Source of the DNA: an uncultured virus (IMG/VR IMGVR_UViG_3300032135_000002)
Taxonomy: Duplodnaviria > Heunggongvirae > Uroviricota > Caudoviricetes
Length of the DNA stretch: 64,000 bases
Virus record (IMG/VR): IMGVR_UViG_3300032135_000002
Strand: one strand, 5' to 3'
Under the pieces are notes generated by a model, which had not been told where the DNA came from, ran no database searches, and was given only the letters and a program-made list of their open reading frames with translations. The translations under genes and the position numbers were made by a program. Positions 7,155 to 15,439 of the stretch are shown one piece after another (the stretch's first letter is position 1; each line of letters begins with the position of its first letter).

Positions 7155-9622
7155 TGGCTATCGACGTACCGCAGGCTGATAAAGACGCGCTGGTTGCTTT
7201 TTACAATGCGACGGGCGGCTCCAGCTGGAATACAAATACAAACTGGCTAGTCACAGAAGGTGTGGGTGACTGGTACGGAGTGACAGTCAGTGGCGGGCGT
7301 GTTACTGCGCTTGACCTGGCTTACAATAACGTGGTCGGGGCGGCTGGCAGCAGTTTAGCGGCCCTCACCTCCCTTACCACTTTGTATTGCAACGACAACT
7401 CGCTCACCACTTTGGATGTATCGGGGCTTACCTCGCTGACCGGCCTGTACTGCGGATACAACTCAATCACGACCCTAGGTGTGGCAGGGCTTACCTCACT
7501 GACAGAGATTCAGTGCTACGCCAACTCGCTCACAACACTGGATGTATCCGCACTCACGGCGCTGACCGTGATATCCTGCGGATACAACACGATCACCACA
7601 CTGAACGTATCAGCCCTCACCTCCCTGTCAAGTCTGTATTGCACCAATAACTCAATCACAACATTAGATGTAGCAGCCCTTACGGCGCTGACCATTCTGA
7701 ACTGTGAAAGCAACTCGATTACCACACTGGATGTATCAGCCCTCACGTTGCTGACAGAGATTAAGTGCGACGATAATACAATCACAGCCTTGGATGTATC
7801 CGCCCTTACGTCACTGACCACGCTATATTGCTTCACCAACGCGCTTACCACGTTGAATGTGGCAGGGCTTACCTCCCTGACAAACCTGCTGTGCTACGCT
7901 AATTCGCTCTCATCGCTGGACGTGTCAGGGCTTACCTCGCTGGTAATTCTGGACTGCAACAACAACTCGATTACGACCCTAGACGTAGCAGCCCTTACGT
8001 CGGCAACGTGGATTCAATGCAACAACAACTCAATTGCGGCATTGAATGTATCCAGCCTTACGTTACTGACCAAGCTGTACTGTGCCGACAATGCCATGAC
8101 CGCAGGGGCCATAGACAATATACTAGGTGGGGTAGATTCAGCTGGACCAACTAACGGGACGCTTCAAGCCGACGGCACAAACGCGGCTCCCTCAGCGACA
8201 GGGCTAGGCTATAAAGACGCTCTAGTCGCAAAAGGCTGGACGGTGACAGTGGCCGCAGCACCTACCACATATGTAGACATTGCGGCCGCTGCCAGCAGCG
8301 CCCTGACCGCTGCCGGTAGTGCAGGGGGTACACTGTCCTATACCCTCGAATGGCGACTAGTCGCTGGCCCGGGCGCCACGACTACTGTGACGGGCATCAC
8401 CGGACTGTTCTATGATCTGACAGGACTGACTCAGGCAACCCAGTATGAGTCCCGGGTACTGGAAACGGACGGGGTAACGCCCTCCGCGTTCTCGGCGTGG
8501 TACTCGTTTACTACGGCAGCGGAAGTCACCTACGTAGACATTGCGGCAGCGGCTGCAAGCGCGCTGGCCACTTCGGGCACAGCCACCACGCTCAAGTCTG
8601 TAGCGGGCACAGCTTCTAGCGTGCTCAGCACTACGGGCACGGCGTCTACTGTCCAAAGCGTTGCTGGCACAGCCACTGCGGCGCTAAGCACTTCGGGCAC
8701 AGCCACCACGCTCAAGTCTGTAGCGGGCACAGCCACTGCGGCGCTAAGCACTACAGGCGCAGCGGCGGTTACCAAGTCGGTGTCTGGCTCGGCTACTGCT
8801 GCCCTCACAACAACCGGAGCGGTCAGCGGGGGCACGACAGCCGCAGGTACTTCGTCCTCAGCGCTAAGTGCTTCGGGCACGGCGGCTATCAGCAAGTCTG
8901 TAACTGGCTCGGCCACTGCAGCACTTAGCGCTGCCGGCGATACTACCAAGCTGGTGACCGCAGCGGGCGCGGCCACTGCTGCGCTAGCAACCACCGCCGC
9001 CGGCTCTAAGGTCATATCTGTAGCGGCAAGCGCGGCGGCCACGCTTACGACTTCCGGCAGTGCGTTTGGGGGCGCGGCGTCAGACGCTTCGGGCTCAGCT
9101 GCCGCCACGCTCACAGCGTTGGGCGCAGCCGTAGCAGACAGGGCGGCAGCGGCAAGCGCGTCGAGCACGCTGACTGCCTCGGCCAGTGCTGCAGTTACCA
9201 AGACCGTCGGCGGCTCGGCCAGTGCAACGGCGTCAGGGCTGGCCAGTGCTGCCGTTATACGCTCCGTGTTCGCAAACGCGTTCTCGGTGCTGACGACTAC
9301 CGGCGCTGCTGTATCGGGGGTGGCTTCAGATTCAAGTGGTAGCGCTTCCAGCACGCTACTGGTGTCGGGAACCGCAGCCAAAACAGTCAGTGTCAGTGCT
9401 GGTGCGCTGGCTACGCTGACTGCAACGGGGGTAGTAGCCAGCAGCAGAGACGCCGCGGCGGCGGCGTTTGCTAGGCTCATAGCGAGGGGTGATACAACAG
9501 GCGGAACCGTTGTGCAGCCGCGCAGTCTCTACGCGGACGAAGTGAGTATTTTCCCGGCCATGTCGTGCTACACTGCTGTAATACCAGCGCTGTACGGCGA
9601 CGAAGTCGTACGACCTAGATAA
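7154..9622 (+). CDS. Leucine-rich-repeat / Fn3 / Ala-Thr-Ser-repeat fibre-like protein
   Basis: ATG 7154 overlaps upstream TAA; LRR N-cap (DKDALVAFYNATGG...W...WYGV), 12 LRRs, partial Fn3, long A/T/S/G repeat region. Confidence 0.85.
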   Translation: MAIDVPQADKDALVAFYNATGGSSWNTNTNWLVTEGVGDWYGVTVSGGRVTALDLAYNNVVGAAGSSLAALTSLTTLYCNDNSLTTLDVSGLTSLTGLYCGYNSITTLGVAGLTSLTEIQCYANSLTTLDVSALTALTVISCGYNTITTLNVSALTSLSSLYCTNNSITTLDVAALTALTILNCESNSITTLDVSALTLLTEIKCDDNTITALDVSALTSLTTLYCFTNALTTLNVAGLTSLTNLLCYANSLSSLDVSGLTSLVILDCNNNSITTLDVAALTSATWIQCNNNSIAALNVSSLTLLTKLYCADNAMTAGAIDNILGGVDSAGPTNGTLQADGTNAAPSATGLGYKDALVAKGWTVTVAAAPTTYVDIAAAASSALTAAGSAGGTLSYTLEWRLVAGPGATTTVTGITGLFYDLTGLTQATQYESRVLETDGVTPSAFSAWYSFTTAAEVTYVDIAAAAASALATSGTATTLKSVAGTASSVLSTTGTASTVQSVAGTATAALSTSGTATTLKSVAGTATAALSTTGAAAVTKSVSGSATAALTTTGAVSGGTTAAGTSSSALSASGTAAISKSVTGSATAALSAAGDTTKLVTAAGAATAALATTAAGSKVISVAASAAATLTTSGSAFGGAASDASGSAAATLTALGAAVADRAAAASASSTLTASASAAVTKTVGGSASATASGLASAAVIRSVFANAFSVLTTTGAAVSGVASDSSGSASSTLLVSGTAAKTVSVSAGALATLTATGVVASSRDAAAAAFARLIARGDTTGGTVVQPRSLYADEVSIFPAMSCYTAVIPALYGDEVVRPR
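7364..8098 (+). repeat. 12 x 63-bp (21-aa) LRR tandem array
   Basis: Consensus LTSLTxLxCxxNSITTLDVSA. Confidence 0.9.
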
Positions 9623-9637
9623 CATGAGGATTACACT

Positions 9638-10027
9638 ATGAGCTTTTCAGATTATGCAGAAGGTAAGGTGCTGGACCACGTGTTTGGCAAAACCGCTTTC
9701 ACCCAGCCTACTTTATACCTAGGCGTGTCGACTGCCGACCCGCTCGATGACAATTCTGGTCTGGCAGAGCCTGTGGGCAACGGCTACGCCCGAGTGGCAA
9801 CCACCGGCGCTGACTGGTCTCGCGCCGCGGGCGTAATGTCCAACGGCGTTGAGATGGCGTTCCCAGAAGCCACAGGCTCACAGGGCACGTTGACGCACTT
9901 TGCTTTGTTCGACGCTGCGACCGCGGGCAACCAAATTACCTATGGCGCTTTGACTGTCGATAAAGCTATTGCGGCTGCGGAGACACTGCGCTTCCCTATT
10001 GGAAACCTGACGTTCACTTTGGATTGA
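9638..10027 (+). CDS. Phage tail/fibre-associated small structural protein
   Basis: TADP...GYARV...FPEATG...THFALFDAATAGN; paralog of 52321..52719. Confidence 0.75.
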   Translation: MSFSDYAEGKVLDHVFGKTAFTQPTLYLGVSTADPLDDNSGLAEPVGNGYARVATTGADWSRAAGVMSNGVEMAFPEATGSQGTLTHFALFDAATAGNQITYGALTVDKAIAAAETLRFPIGNLTFTLD

Positions 10028-10031
10028 TCTG

Positions 10032-10361
10032 ATGAGCTCGCTCTACGTCAACAACGACCACCACGTTGAGCTGCGTAAGCTCCGGGAAGCTTCCGGGGCT
10101 TTTGTCGCTGGCGCGACTGTCGTAGCTACGATGTATGAGTCGGATGGTGTAACGGAAGTGTTGGGGGTCACTTGGCCCTTAGCACTAAGTTACACCGGTG
10201 CCAGAGGAACGTACAAAACCGACCTCCCGGCAAGCGCTACGTTCGAAGGAGGTAAGCGCTACGTGCTGAGAGTAACCGCGACTTACGCTGGCAGGCAGTA
10301 CCAAGAAGAACTGGTGCTACGTGCTAACAAAAGGCGGAGCCTTGCGACTATCGATGTTTAG
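10032..10361 (+). CDS. Ig-like virion protein
   Basis: Beta-rich; last gene before the terminator. Confidence 0.55.
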   Translation: MSSLYVNNDHHVELRKLREASGAFVAGATVVATMYESDGVTEVLGVTWPLALSYTGARGTYKTDLPASATFEGGKRYVLRVTATYAGRQYQEELVLRANKRRSLATIDV

Positions 10362-10437
10362 CAACTGCGCGACTGACAGAGTTGTGCGCTCTTCGGGCGC
10401 CAAAAAATTACTTTGTAACCTTGTCGTCCGGTAATGG

Positions 10438-10474
10438 AAAAAACAGGCCGCAGCTTATACAAGCGGCCTGTTTT
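10438..10474. terminator. Bidirectional intrinsic terminator
   Basis: AAAAAACAGGCCGC-loop-GCGGCCTGTTTT between converging operons; second hairpin CCAGTGTGG...CCACACTGG at 10482-10513. Confidence 0.8.
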
Positions 10475-10547
10475 GTACTGACCAGTGTGGAGATAGCGGT
10501 ATCACCACACTGGGGGCAAGTCATTTAGTTAATACCATAGCTAATCC

Positions 10548-11174
10548 TCAATGCTTGGGGTACGCCACATTAGGTACACTCAGATCCCAACAGGCACGGC
10601 AGCTACCGCATTCGTTGCCTTGGTTCTGAGCAGGACAGGTAACACTTGCTTTGTCCGTAGTCACTGTCGACGTGTTCACGAACCGCAGCGGAGCTGGGCC
10701 ATCGACCATGGTGCCAGACACGCGGATAACCAGATTGAGAGGGAAGTTTACTACGTCCTTCATATACCTTGCGACTGTAGTCTTCTCTCTGGTCGGTATC
10801 CAGAACTTAGTTCCCGGGCAGCGACGCGCTACTTCTGCGATGTTCTCTAAGTGCCACTCCCCCTGCAGATCACCGGCGTCGTGCCAGCGGAAAAACGTCT
10901 CTTTTTTGCGTTGAATAAGAAACACCATCGCGTCTACCCAGTGCGGAGAACGAAGCGACTCGAATCTACGCTCCTGAGCGGCTACAACGTTCGGGAACAT
11001 GTACCGGCCTTTGAGGGCGTAGCAGTCTGAACAGACACTATTGGGTACTTTAACCAGTTCGGCGCCTACCTTGCACCGAGTAGCGGGGATGCCGTATGAC
11101 AACCCCGGCATTTTGGAGGGCTTACCCAGCCCCCCAACGTATTTTTCAGCTTCTTTTACTGTTCTGAATACCAT
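10548..11174 (-). CDS. GP88-family Cys-rich protein
   Basis: SKMPG...C..G..L...CSDCYA, FFRWHDAGD, WIPTRE, CPAQ...CGSCRACW...YPKH. Confidence 0.8.
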   Translation of the reverse strand: MVFRTVKEAEKYVGGLGKPSKMPGLSYGIPATRCKVGAELVKVPNSVCSDCYALKGRYMFPNVVAAQERRFESLRSPHWVDAMVFLIQRKKETFFRWHDAGDLQGEWHLENIAEVARRCPGTKFWIPTREKTTVARYMKDVVNFPLNLVIRVSGTMVDGPAPLRFVNTSTVTTDKASVTCPAQNQGNECGSCRACWDLSVPNVAYPKH

Positions 11175-11536
11175 TCATAATCCTCTCGCGCATGGAGAAA
11201 CCGGTGCGTAGGGTGTTTGAACTTTTGTTGAATTAAAAAGGCCACCGCTTTTTTGCACAGGGCGTCGCCGTGCTCGGCCATAGCTACAAGTCTTTGATAG
11301 ACGTGGTTGGGGGAATGCGCTTTTGCTAAAGAAAACAGTTGGGGGATTGTCCCGTTCATTGGGATTACAATCATGAACTTAAGAGCCTGAGCCTCCATGT
11401 TGTCATCGTGTGACCAGCGCTGCGTAGGGTCTAAGGTGCCTAGAGTTCCCCCTCTTTCTAACTGGTACCATAGCCACTGCTGATACTTTCTAGCTTCGGC
11501 TTCTTCCATCGCTTTCTGGAGTTTCGGGAGCGTCAT
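11156..11536 (-). CDS. Hypothetical protein
   Basis: ORF in minus-strand operon. Confidence 0.6.
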   Translation of the reverse strand: MTLPKLQKAMEEAEARKYQQWLWYQLERGGTLGTLDPTQRWSHDDNMEAQALKFMIVIPMNGTIPQLFSLAKAHSPNHVYQRLVAMAEHGDALCKKAVAFLIQQKFKHPTHRFLHAREDYEWYSEQ

Positions 11537-11693
11537 TTTTTCTAGCCTCCTGAGCTTTGCGCTCGGCGCGTTTTCGTTTTTGCGCTTGTAGAAAATCGTC
11601 GATAAGCAGGTAAGTTGCTATCCCCGTAGCAATTAGTGTGTAGCTTGAGGTCACTACTTTAGTGATCTTGAAAACTATTCGGGCAAATGCCAT
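11490..11693 (-). CDS. Small membrane protein
   Basis: One TM segment; fills the operon gap. Confidence 0.45.
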   Translation of the reverse strand: MAFARIVFKITKVVTSSYTLIATGIATYLLIDDFLQAQKRKRAERKAQEARKNDAPETPESDGRSRS

Positions 11694-12100
11694 ACAGAAT
11701 CGCCTACTTGAGAATGTACCCACGCGGATACCTCAGCAGTCGTGTGCATACGGGCGACAAAATCCTGAGCTCTAAGCCCTTCGACCCAAGTTACTTCGTC
11801 CGTAAGAATGACACCACCGGTGGGGCACCCGACAATGACAGCAACGTTCCGGCCTTCTCTTTTCCGACGGGTCAGCCACTGTAGTTGTAGTGCTGAGAGG
11901 TCTGGGATTATCTGTGTATTTGCGCGCTTAGGAAGAGCGGGGATGTACTTGTACTCAACCCACAAGTCGCCTTCGCAACCTGAGTAGAAGACATCCGGGA
12001 TCCCGCCCTTATAGGGGTTGTTGGTTTTGTCGCTGTACACAAGTGGGATTTTTTTGTGTACGCGACCGATGAATCGATTCTCAGGTTTGGTGTTGGCCAC
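11675..12100 (-). CDS. VRR-NUC / Holliday-junction-resolvase-like PD-(D/E)XK nuclease
   Basis: GIPD...WVEYK...LSALQLQW...VAVIVG. Confidence 0.8.
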   Translation of the reverse strand: MANTKPENRFIGRVHKKIPLVYSDKTNNPYKGGIPDVFYSGCEGDLWVEYKYIPALPKRANTQIIPDLSALQLQWLTRRKREGRNVAVIVGCPTGGVILTDEVTWVEGLRAQDFVARMHTTAEVSAWVHSQVGDSVWHLPE

Positions 12101-12620
12101 TGAACATCGCCTTGAGGTTGTCTTGCAGGTCTTCGCGAGAGCCGGAGTTGTTCAGCACGAAGTCGGCAGGGTCTATGTCTAATTTGGCTTCGCTGGAATG
12201 CTCTTCAACTTCGCGGGCGCGGCCTGTCAGGTGCACGATGCGGCCCCCGGATTCTCGAATCCAATTAGCCTCGTGTTCAAACCGTACGTCCGTCACGATC
12301 ATACCGACCCCACTCCGTAGGAACCGGTCCTGAGCCATGATGACCCATATGTCACCTCGGACTAAGTTCTGGCCCCACTCAGTGCCGAGAGTCTGCATCA
12401 AGCGTCTGGGCGACACGCCAAGCAGCGGAATGACGTCGTCTTTACGAGCGTCCCAGTAGGGGTCATTCAGATCTACACCAATCTGGGCCAGCATGCGTTT
12501 GATGGGCGAAGCAAAGCTGTAGGTATAGCCGCCGAGATATGACAGAACAAAGCTTCCTGCCGTGTCCTTGCCGCTACCCGCCGGGCCTGCGATGCCTATT
12601 ATTGGGAGGGGGCGAGACAT
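12081..12620 (-). CDS. Deoxynucleoside monophosphate kinase
   Basis: GPAGSGKDT, SFASPIK, RRLMQTLGTEWG, TDVRF, HSSE. Confidence 0.9.
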   Translation of the reverse strand: MSRPLPIIGIAGPAGSGKDTAGSFVLSYLGGYTYSFASPIKRMLAQIGVDLNDPYWDARKDDVIPLLGVSPRRLMQTLGTEWGQNLVRGDIWVIMAQDRFLRSGVGMIVTDVRFEHEANWIRESGGRIVHLTGRAREVEEHSSEAKLDIDPADFVLNNSGSREDLQDNLKAMFSGQHQT

Positions 12621-13174
12621 CTTTTGTAGATCTCCAGAAGGTGAAGGGTTTGTTGCATCGCATCGTCTAGCGCGTAGTGAGGGGTCCCTTTAAAATTAGG
12701 AGCCAAGTCCTTAGCACCGGGCAAGTTTTTCAGGGTTCGAAAACATCGGTCGTTGTAAAACTTCCACGGCGGATTCATATCAGCAGCGGCGTATAGGTTT
12801 CGCAGAATCACGTTGTCAAACGCGGCTCCGTTACCCCACATTTTCACGTTGTCAGTGTCTTTACCTGACACCCCCCATACGAAATTTGAGATGTCTCTCA
12901 GACCATCGTGCAGATAGTTTACTCGGTTACCAAACCCTTCGTGAAACAGCATCCGTGCTTCTGGCGACTGTTCACTCCACCACTTTTTTGTTGCTGTGGA
13001 GATTGTCCGGTCGCAAAATTCTTGCTCGCCCATGCAGTTTTCGCTATTGAGCTCAATATAGAACTCAGCGCCTGTTTCCCCAGTATTGGGGTCGAACGCT
13101 ACGATACCAACAGACAGCACAAGCGCGTCGCTGCCGGTATCTAGAGTTTCTAGGTCTACCATGAAGTGCTTCAT
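12599..13174 (-). CDS. DEDDh 3'-5' exonuclease (Rv2179c/DUF5051-like)
   Basis: MVDLETL, WGNGAAFD, RCFRT, HYALDDA; start at ATG 13174. Confidence 0.88.
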   Translation of the reverse strand: MKHFMVDLETLDTGSDALVLSVGIVAFDPNTGETGAEFYIELNSENCMGEQEFCDRTISTATKKWWSEQSPEARMLFHEGFGNRVNYLHDGLRDISNFVWGVSGKDTDNVKMWGNGAAFDNVILRNLYAAADMNPPWKFYNDRCFRTLKNLPGAKDLAPNFKGTPHYALDDAMQQTLHLLEIYKRCLAPSQ

Positions 13175-13512
13175 TAAAGCATGCTCCTGACTACAGCTTG
13201 GAACAGATAGTCTTTCACTTTCTGCTCTTGATCTAGCTCGTAATAAGGCACGAAACACGGGTGCTCTTTCTTAGCCGGGTCTTTTTTCGGCCCGTACTTC
13301 CAGCCGTCGGCACGTTTTTCATCGAGCCAGCTTTCATGGGATTTCTCAGGCGTGGCATCTGGATTGCTTTGTGTGTATTCAACACCGGTTATAGCGCTTT
13401 TCTTTTGCCACTCAGGAGCTTCGTCCCAAGGTATCTGGCTGTCATCGCCGATAGCTGTGCAATATGCGCGATTTACTTCGTGGGCAACGCGGGCAATTTT
13501 TTTAATGTCCAT
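13174..13512 (-). CDS. RyR-domain phage protein
   Basis: HESWL..K..DGWKYGP.KD..KKEHPC.VPY.EL...KD. Confidence 0.85.
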   Translation of the reverse strand: MDIKKIARVAHEVNRAYCTAIGDDSQIPWDEAPEWQKKSAITGVEYTQSNPDATPEKSHESWLDEKRADGWKYGPKKDPAKKEHPCFVPYYELDQEQKVKDYLFQAVVRSML

Positions 13513-13514
13513 AA

Positions 13515-13823
13515 TTACACCTCTTCCGATAATTTGCGGTACGCTTCCAAGCGCCAAATTTCTGAGAACGAGTTGTCGTGGCTGATCTTTTTCCCGATTT
13601 CGTCGCGCCAGTTACTGGGGTCTATGCACGCAGCAGGTTTGCCGACGACAACAAAACCGTTATCCATGCAGATACCGCAATACATGAACTTTTGTCCGCA
13701 TAGTACGACGGTTTCATAGCTTACGTTAACAATCCGTGCTTCGATTGAGTCAGCAGTTACTCTGTCGCCAGCGCAACCTTGCTCATCCATCATCTCAGCG
13801 ACTTTTTCGTGATCTTGTGCCAT
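13515..13823 (-). CDS. Phage Gp49-family protein
   Basis: RVT...NGFVVVG..AC.DP.N...IG...IWRLEAY. Confidence 0.8.
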   Translation of the reverse strand: MAQDHEKVAEMMDEQGCAGDRVTADSIEARIVNVSYETVVLCGQKFMYCGICMDNGFVVVGKPAACIDPSNWRDEIGKKISHDNSFSEIWRLEAYRKLSEEV

Positions 13824-13828
13824 GAGAT

Positions 13829-14062
13829 TTATCCTTTGAGTTTTAGAATCGACGTGTTCAACTTGTCGACGTGCTTCTGCGTTGCCGCTAGCAGCTTGTC
13901 GAGGTTTTTACGGTCACGGGTGTATGTGCGATCAAGCAGCCGACTTTGTTTGTCCTGATCCCTGAGCGAAGAAAGAGCCTCCCGCATCTCTGCGTTCAGC
14001 TCCTTGATTCGTTCGTCGTCAGTATCAGTCGGCATGATCACACTGGATTTGCGTGTGGCCAT
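13829..14062 (-). CDS. Coiled-coil hypothetical protein
   Basis: SD AAGGAG; heptad pattern. Confidence 0.6.
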   Translation of the reverse strand: MATRKSSVIMPTDTDDERIKELNAEMREALSSLRDQDKQSRLLDRTYTRDRKNLDKLLAATQKHVDKLNTSILKLKG

Positions 14063-14074
14063 GCCTGCTGCTCC

Positions 14075-14785
14075 TTAGCGCTTACGTTTAGGTGGCTCGT
14101 ACTGAGATACATCGGGCTCAGTGACTAGGCGCTTGGTAGCGTCTTCACGGTGCTCGAAGAACAAACCCATCTCTGCGTTTTCCAGCGGTCGAACCACTGA
14201 GAACTTAGGCGATGCGTAAGTCAGGTTTTCGTCCAGCCAAACTTTGGTGACCACGCCAATAGGAACGGTCTTGTGCTTGCTAGCCAACGTATTCACATAG
14301 CTGTCGTAGTTCTTCAACGACGCCGGCGATACAGTCAGCAACCAGACAGGTGGTGGCTCGTCCGGGGAATCCAGAGCCGTAACAGGAGATACAGCCAGCA
14401 AGCGTGTGTTCTTGCACGCTTTGCCTTTACCAACCAGAGCAGAACCGAACTGGTTTTGAAGGCAGGACGCACAAGCATCCGATTGGCGGTCAGGGGAATT
14501 GTCAGAAGGCACCAGTGATGTTGGCTCAGGGCCAATAGCAAAGCATGCCGGTGGTTGGGGATTGTCCCGATCATACTGCGAGTCGTAGTACATGTTTGCG
14601 GACATGAAGTCCAAGACCACAACCTCGAGCTGCTCACCTTCTCCCCCGTCAGGAGTCAGAATAGTGTGTCCGTTAAAGCGAATGCGGTCACCAGACGGTG
14701 CTGCAATGCGCTTAGATATACCGGCAACTTCTTTGGCCATCAGCTCGGCGTAATTGATCGGAAGGTTATCTTGGGTCTTTGCCAT
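14075..14785 (-). CDS. Putative single-stranded DNA-binding protein
   Basis: PACF...CASC.QNQFGS...GKACKN.RLLA pattern, common near phage PolA genes. Confidence 0.6.
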   Translation of the reverse strand: MAKTQDNLPINYAELMAKEVAGISKRIAAPSGDRIRFNGHTILTPDGGEGEQLEVVVLDFMSANMYYDSQYDRDNPQPPACFAIGPEPTSLVPSDNSPDRQSDACASCLQNQFGSALVGKGKACKNTRLLAVSPVTALDSPDEPPPVWLLTVSPASLKNYDSYVNTLASKHKTVPIGVVTKVWLDENLTYASPKFSVVRPLENAEMGLFFEHREDATKRLVTEPDVSQYEPPKRKR

Positions 14786-14805
14786 CTTTGCGGTCTCTCT
14801 ATCAG

Positions 14806-15180
14806 TTATTTTGAGGAGTTGTTAAGGGTCAGCTTACGCTTTACAAAAGGCACAACCCCCGGTATTTTCCCGTCGTGCTCGAACATCTCTCGACATGCCA
14901 GCACTGCGGGGCGACGCTCCAACATATGGAAATACTTGTGCTCATGAATGAATTCATAGAACAGGTCCCAGTTCTCCACAGCAGGTACTACGCTCTTGGT
15001 AATTGATACAGAAGCAGCTCCGCTGGCAGCTTTAAAAGTGCCGGCTTCATCCATCTGATCAATCAATTCGCACTCCAACTCAGACATTGATTTGGAGATG
15101 TCTTTTACTTCTTTTTCTAGGTCCCGCTTCGCTTCTCGAAGCGCGTAAAGCCGATTAATTTTATCACCTATGGTCGACAT
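14806..15180 (-). CDS. Conserved phage replication-region protein
   Basis: Coiled coil then V.NWD.FY.FI...IPGV. Confidence 0.65.
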   Translation of the reverse strand: MSTIGDKINRLYALREAKRDLEKEVKDISKSMSELECELIDQMDEAGTFKAASGAASVSITKSVVPAVENWDLFYEFIHEHKYFHMLERRPAVLACREMFEHDGKIPGVVPFVKRKLTLNNSSK

Positions 15181-15181
15181 G

Positions 15182-15439
15182 TTATATACCTTTCCAACAC
15201 CGTGGGCATTCAACTTGGGTTACAAAAGCGCCGTTTCGTTTGTCTACATAGCCTGCCCCGTTGCACTCGTTACAGACCTTGCGGGACAGGATACGGTACG
15301 CACGTTGGACGCGGTTAAAATCATCGTTGCCGCCTCCGCGGTCCGGATGATGTTTCATAGCGAGCCGCTTATAAGCGAGTCGAGTTTCTTCAGGAGTAGC
15401 CGTAACGGGCACCCCTAAAATGTCGTGGTAGATGCTCAT
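15182..15439 (-). CDS. DnaJ-domain protein with short Zn finger
   Basis: YHDILGV...AYKRLAMKHHPD...CNECNG...CPRC; ATGA overlap with the pol stop. Confidence 0.88.
   Translation of the reverse strand: MSIYHDILGVPVTATPEETRLAYKRLAMKHHPDRGGGNDDFNRVQRAYRILSRKVCNECNGAGYVDKRNGAFVTQVECPRCWKGI

Noticed and set aside
7364..8098. 63-bp periodic repeats as a CRISPR array or DGR template/variable repeat
   Set aside because: They are in-frame LRR coding repeats; no constant repeat-spacer pattern and no reverse transcriptase seen.
8530..9480. 316-aa minus-strand Ala-rich ORF
   Set aside because: Mirror of the low-complexity plus-strand repeat region.
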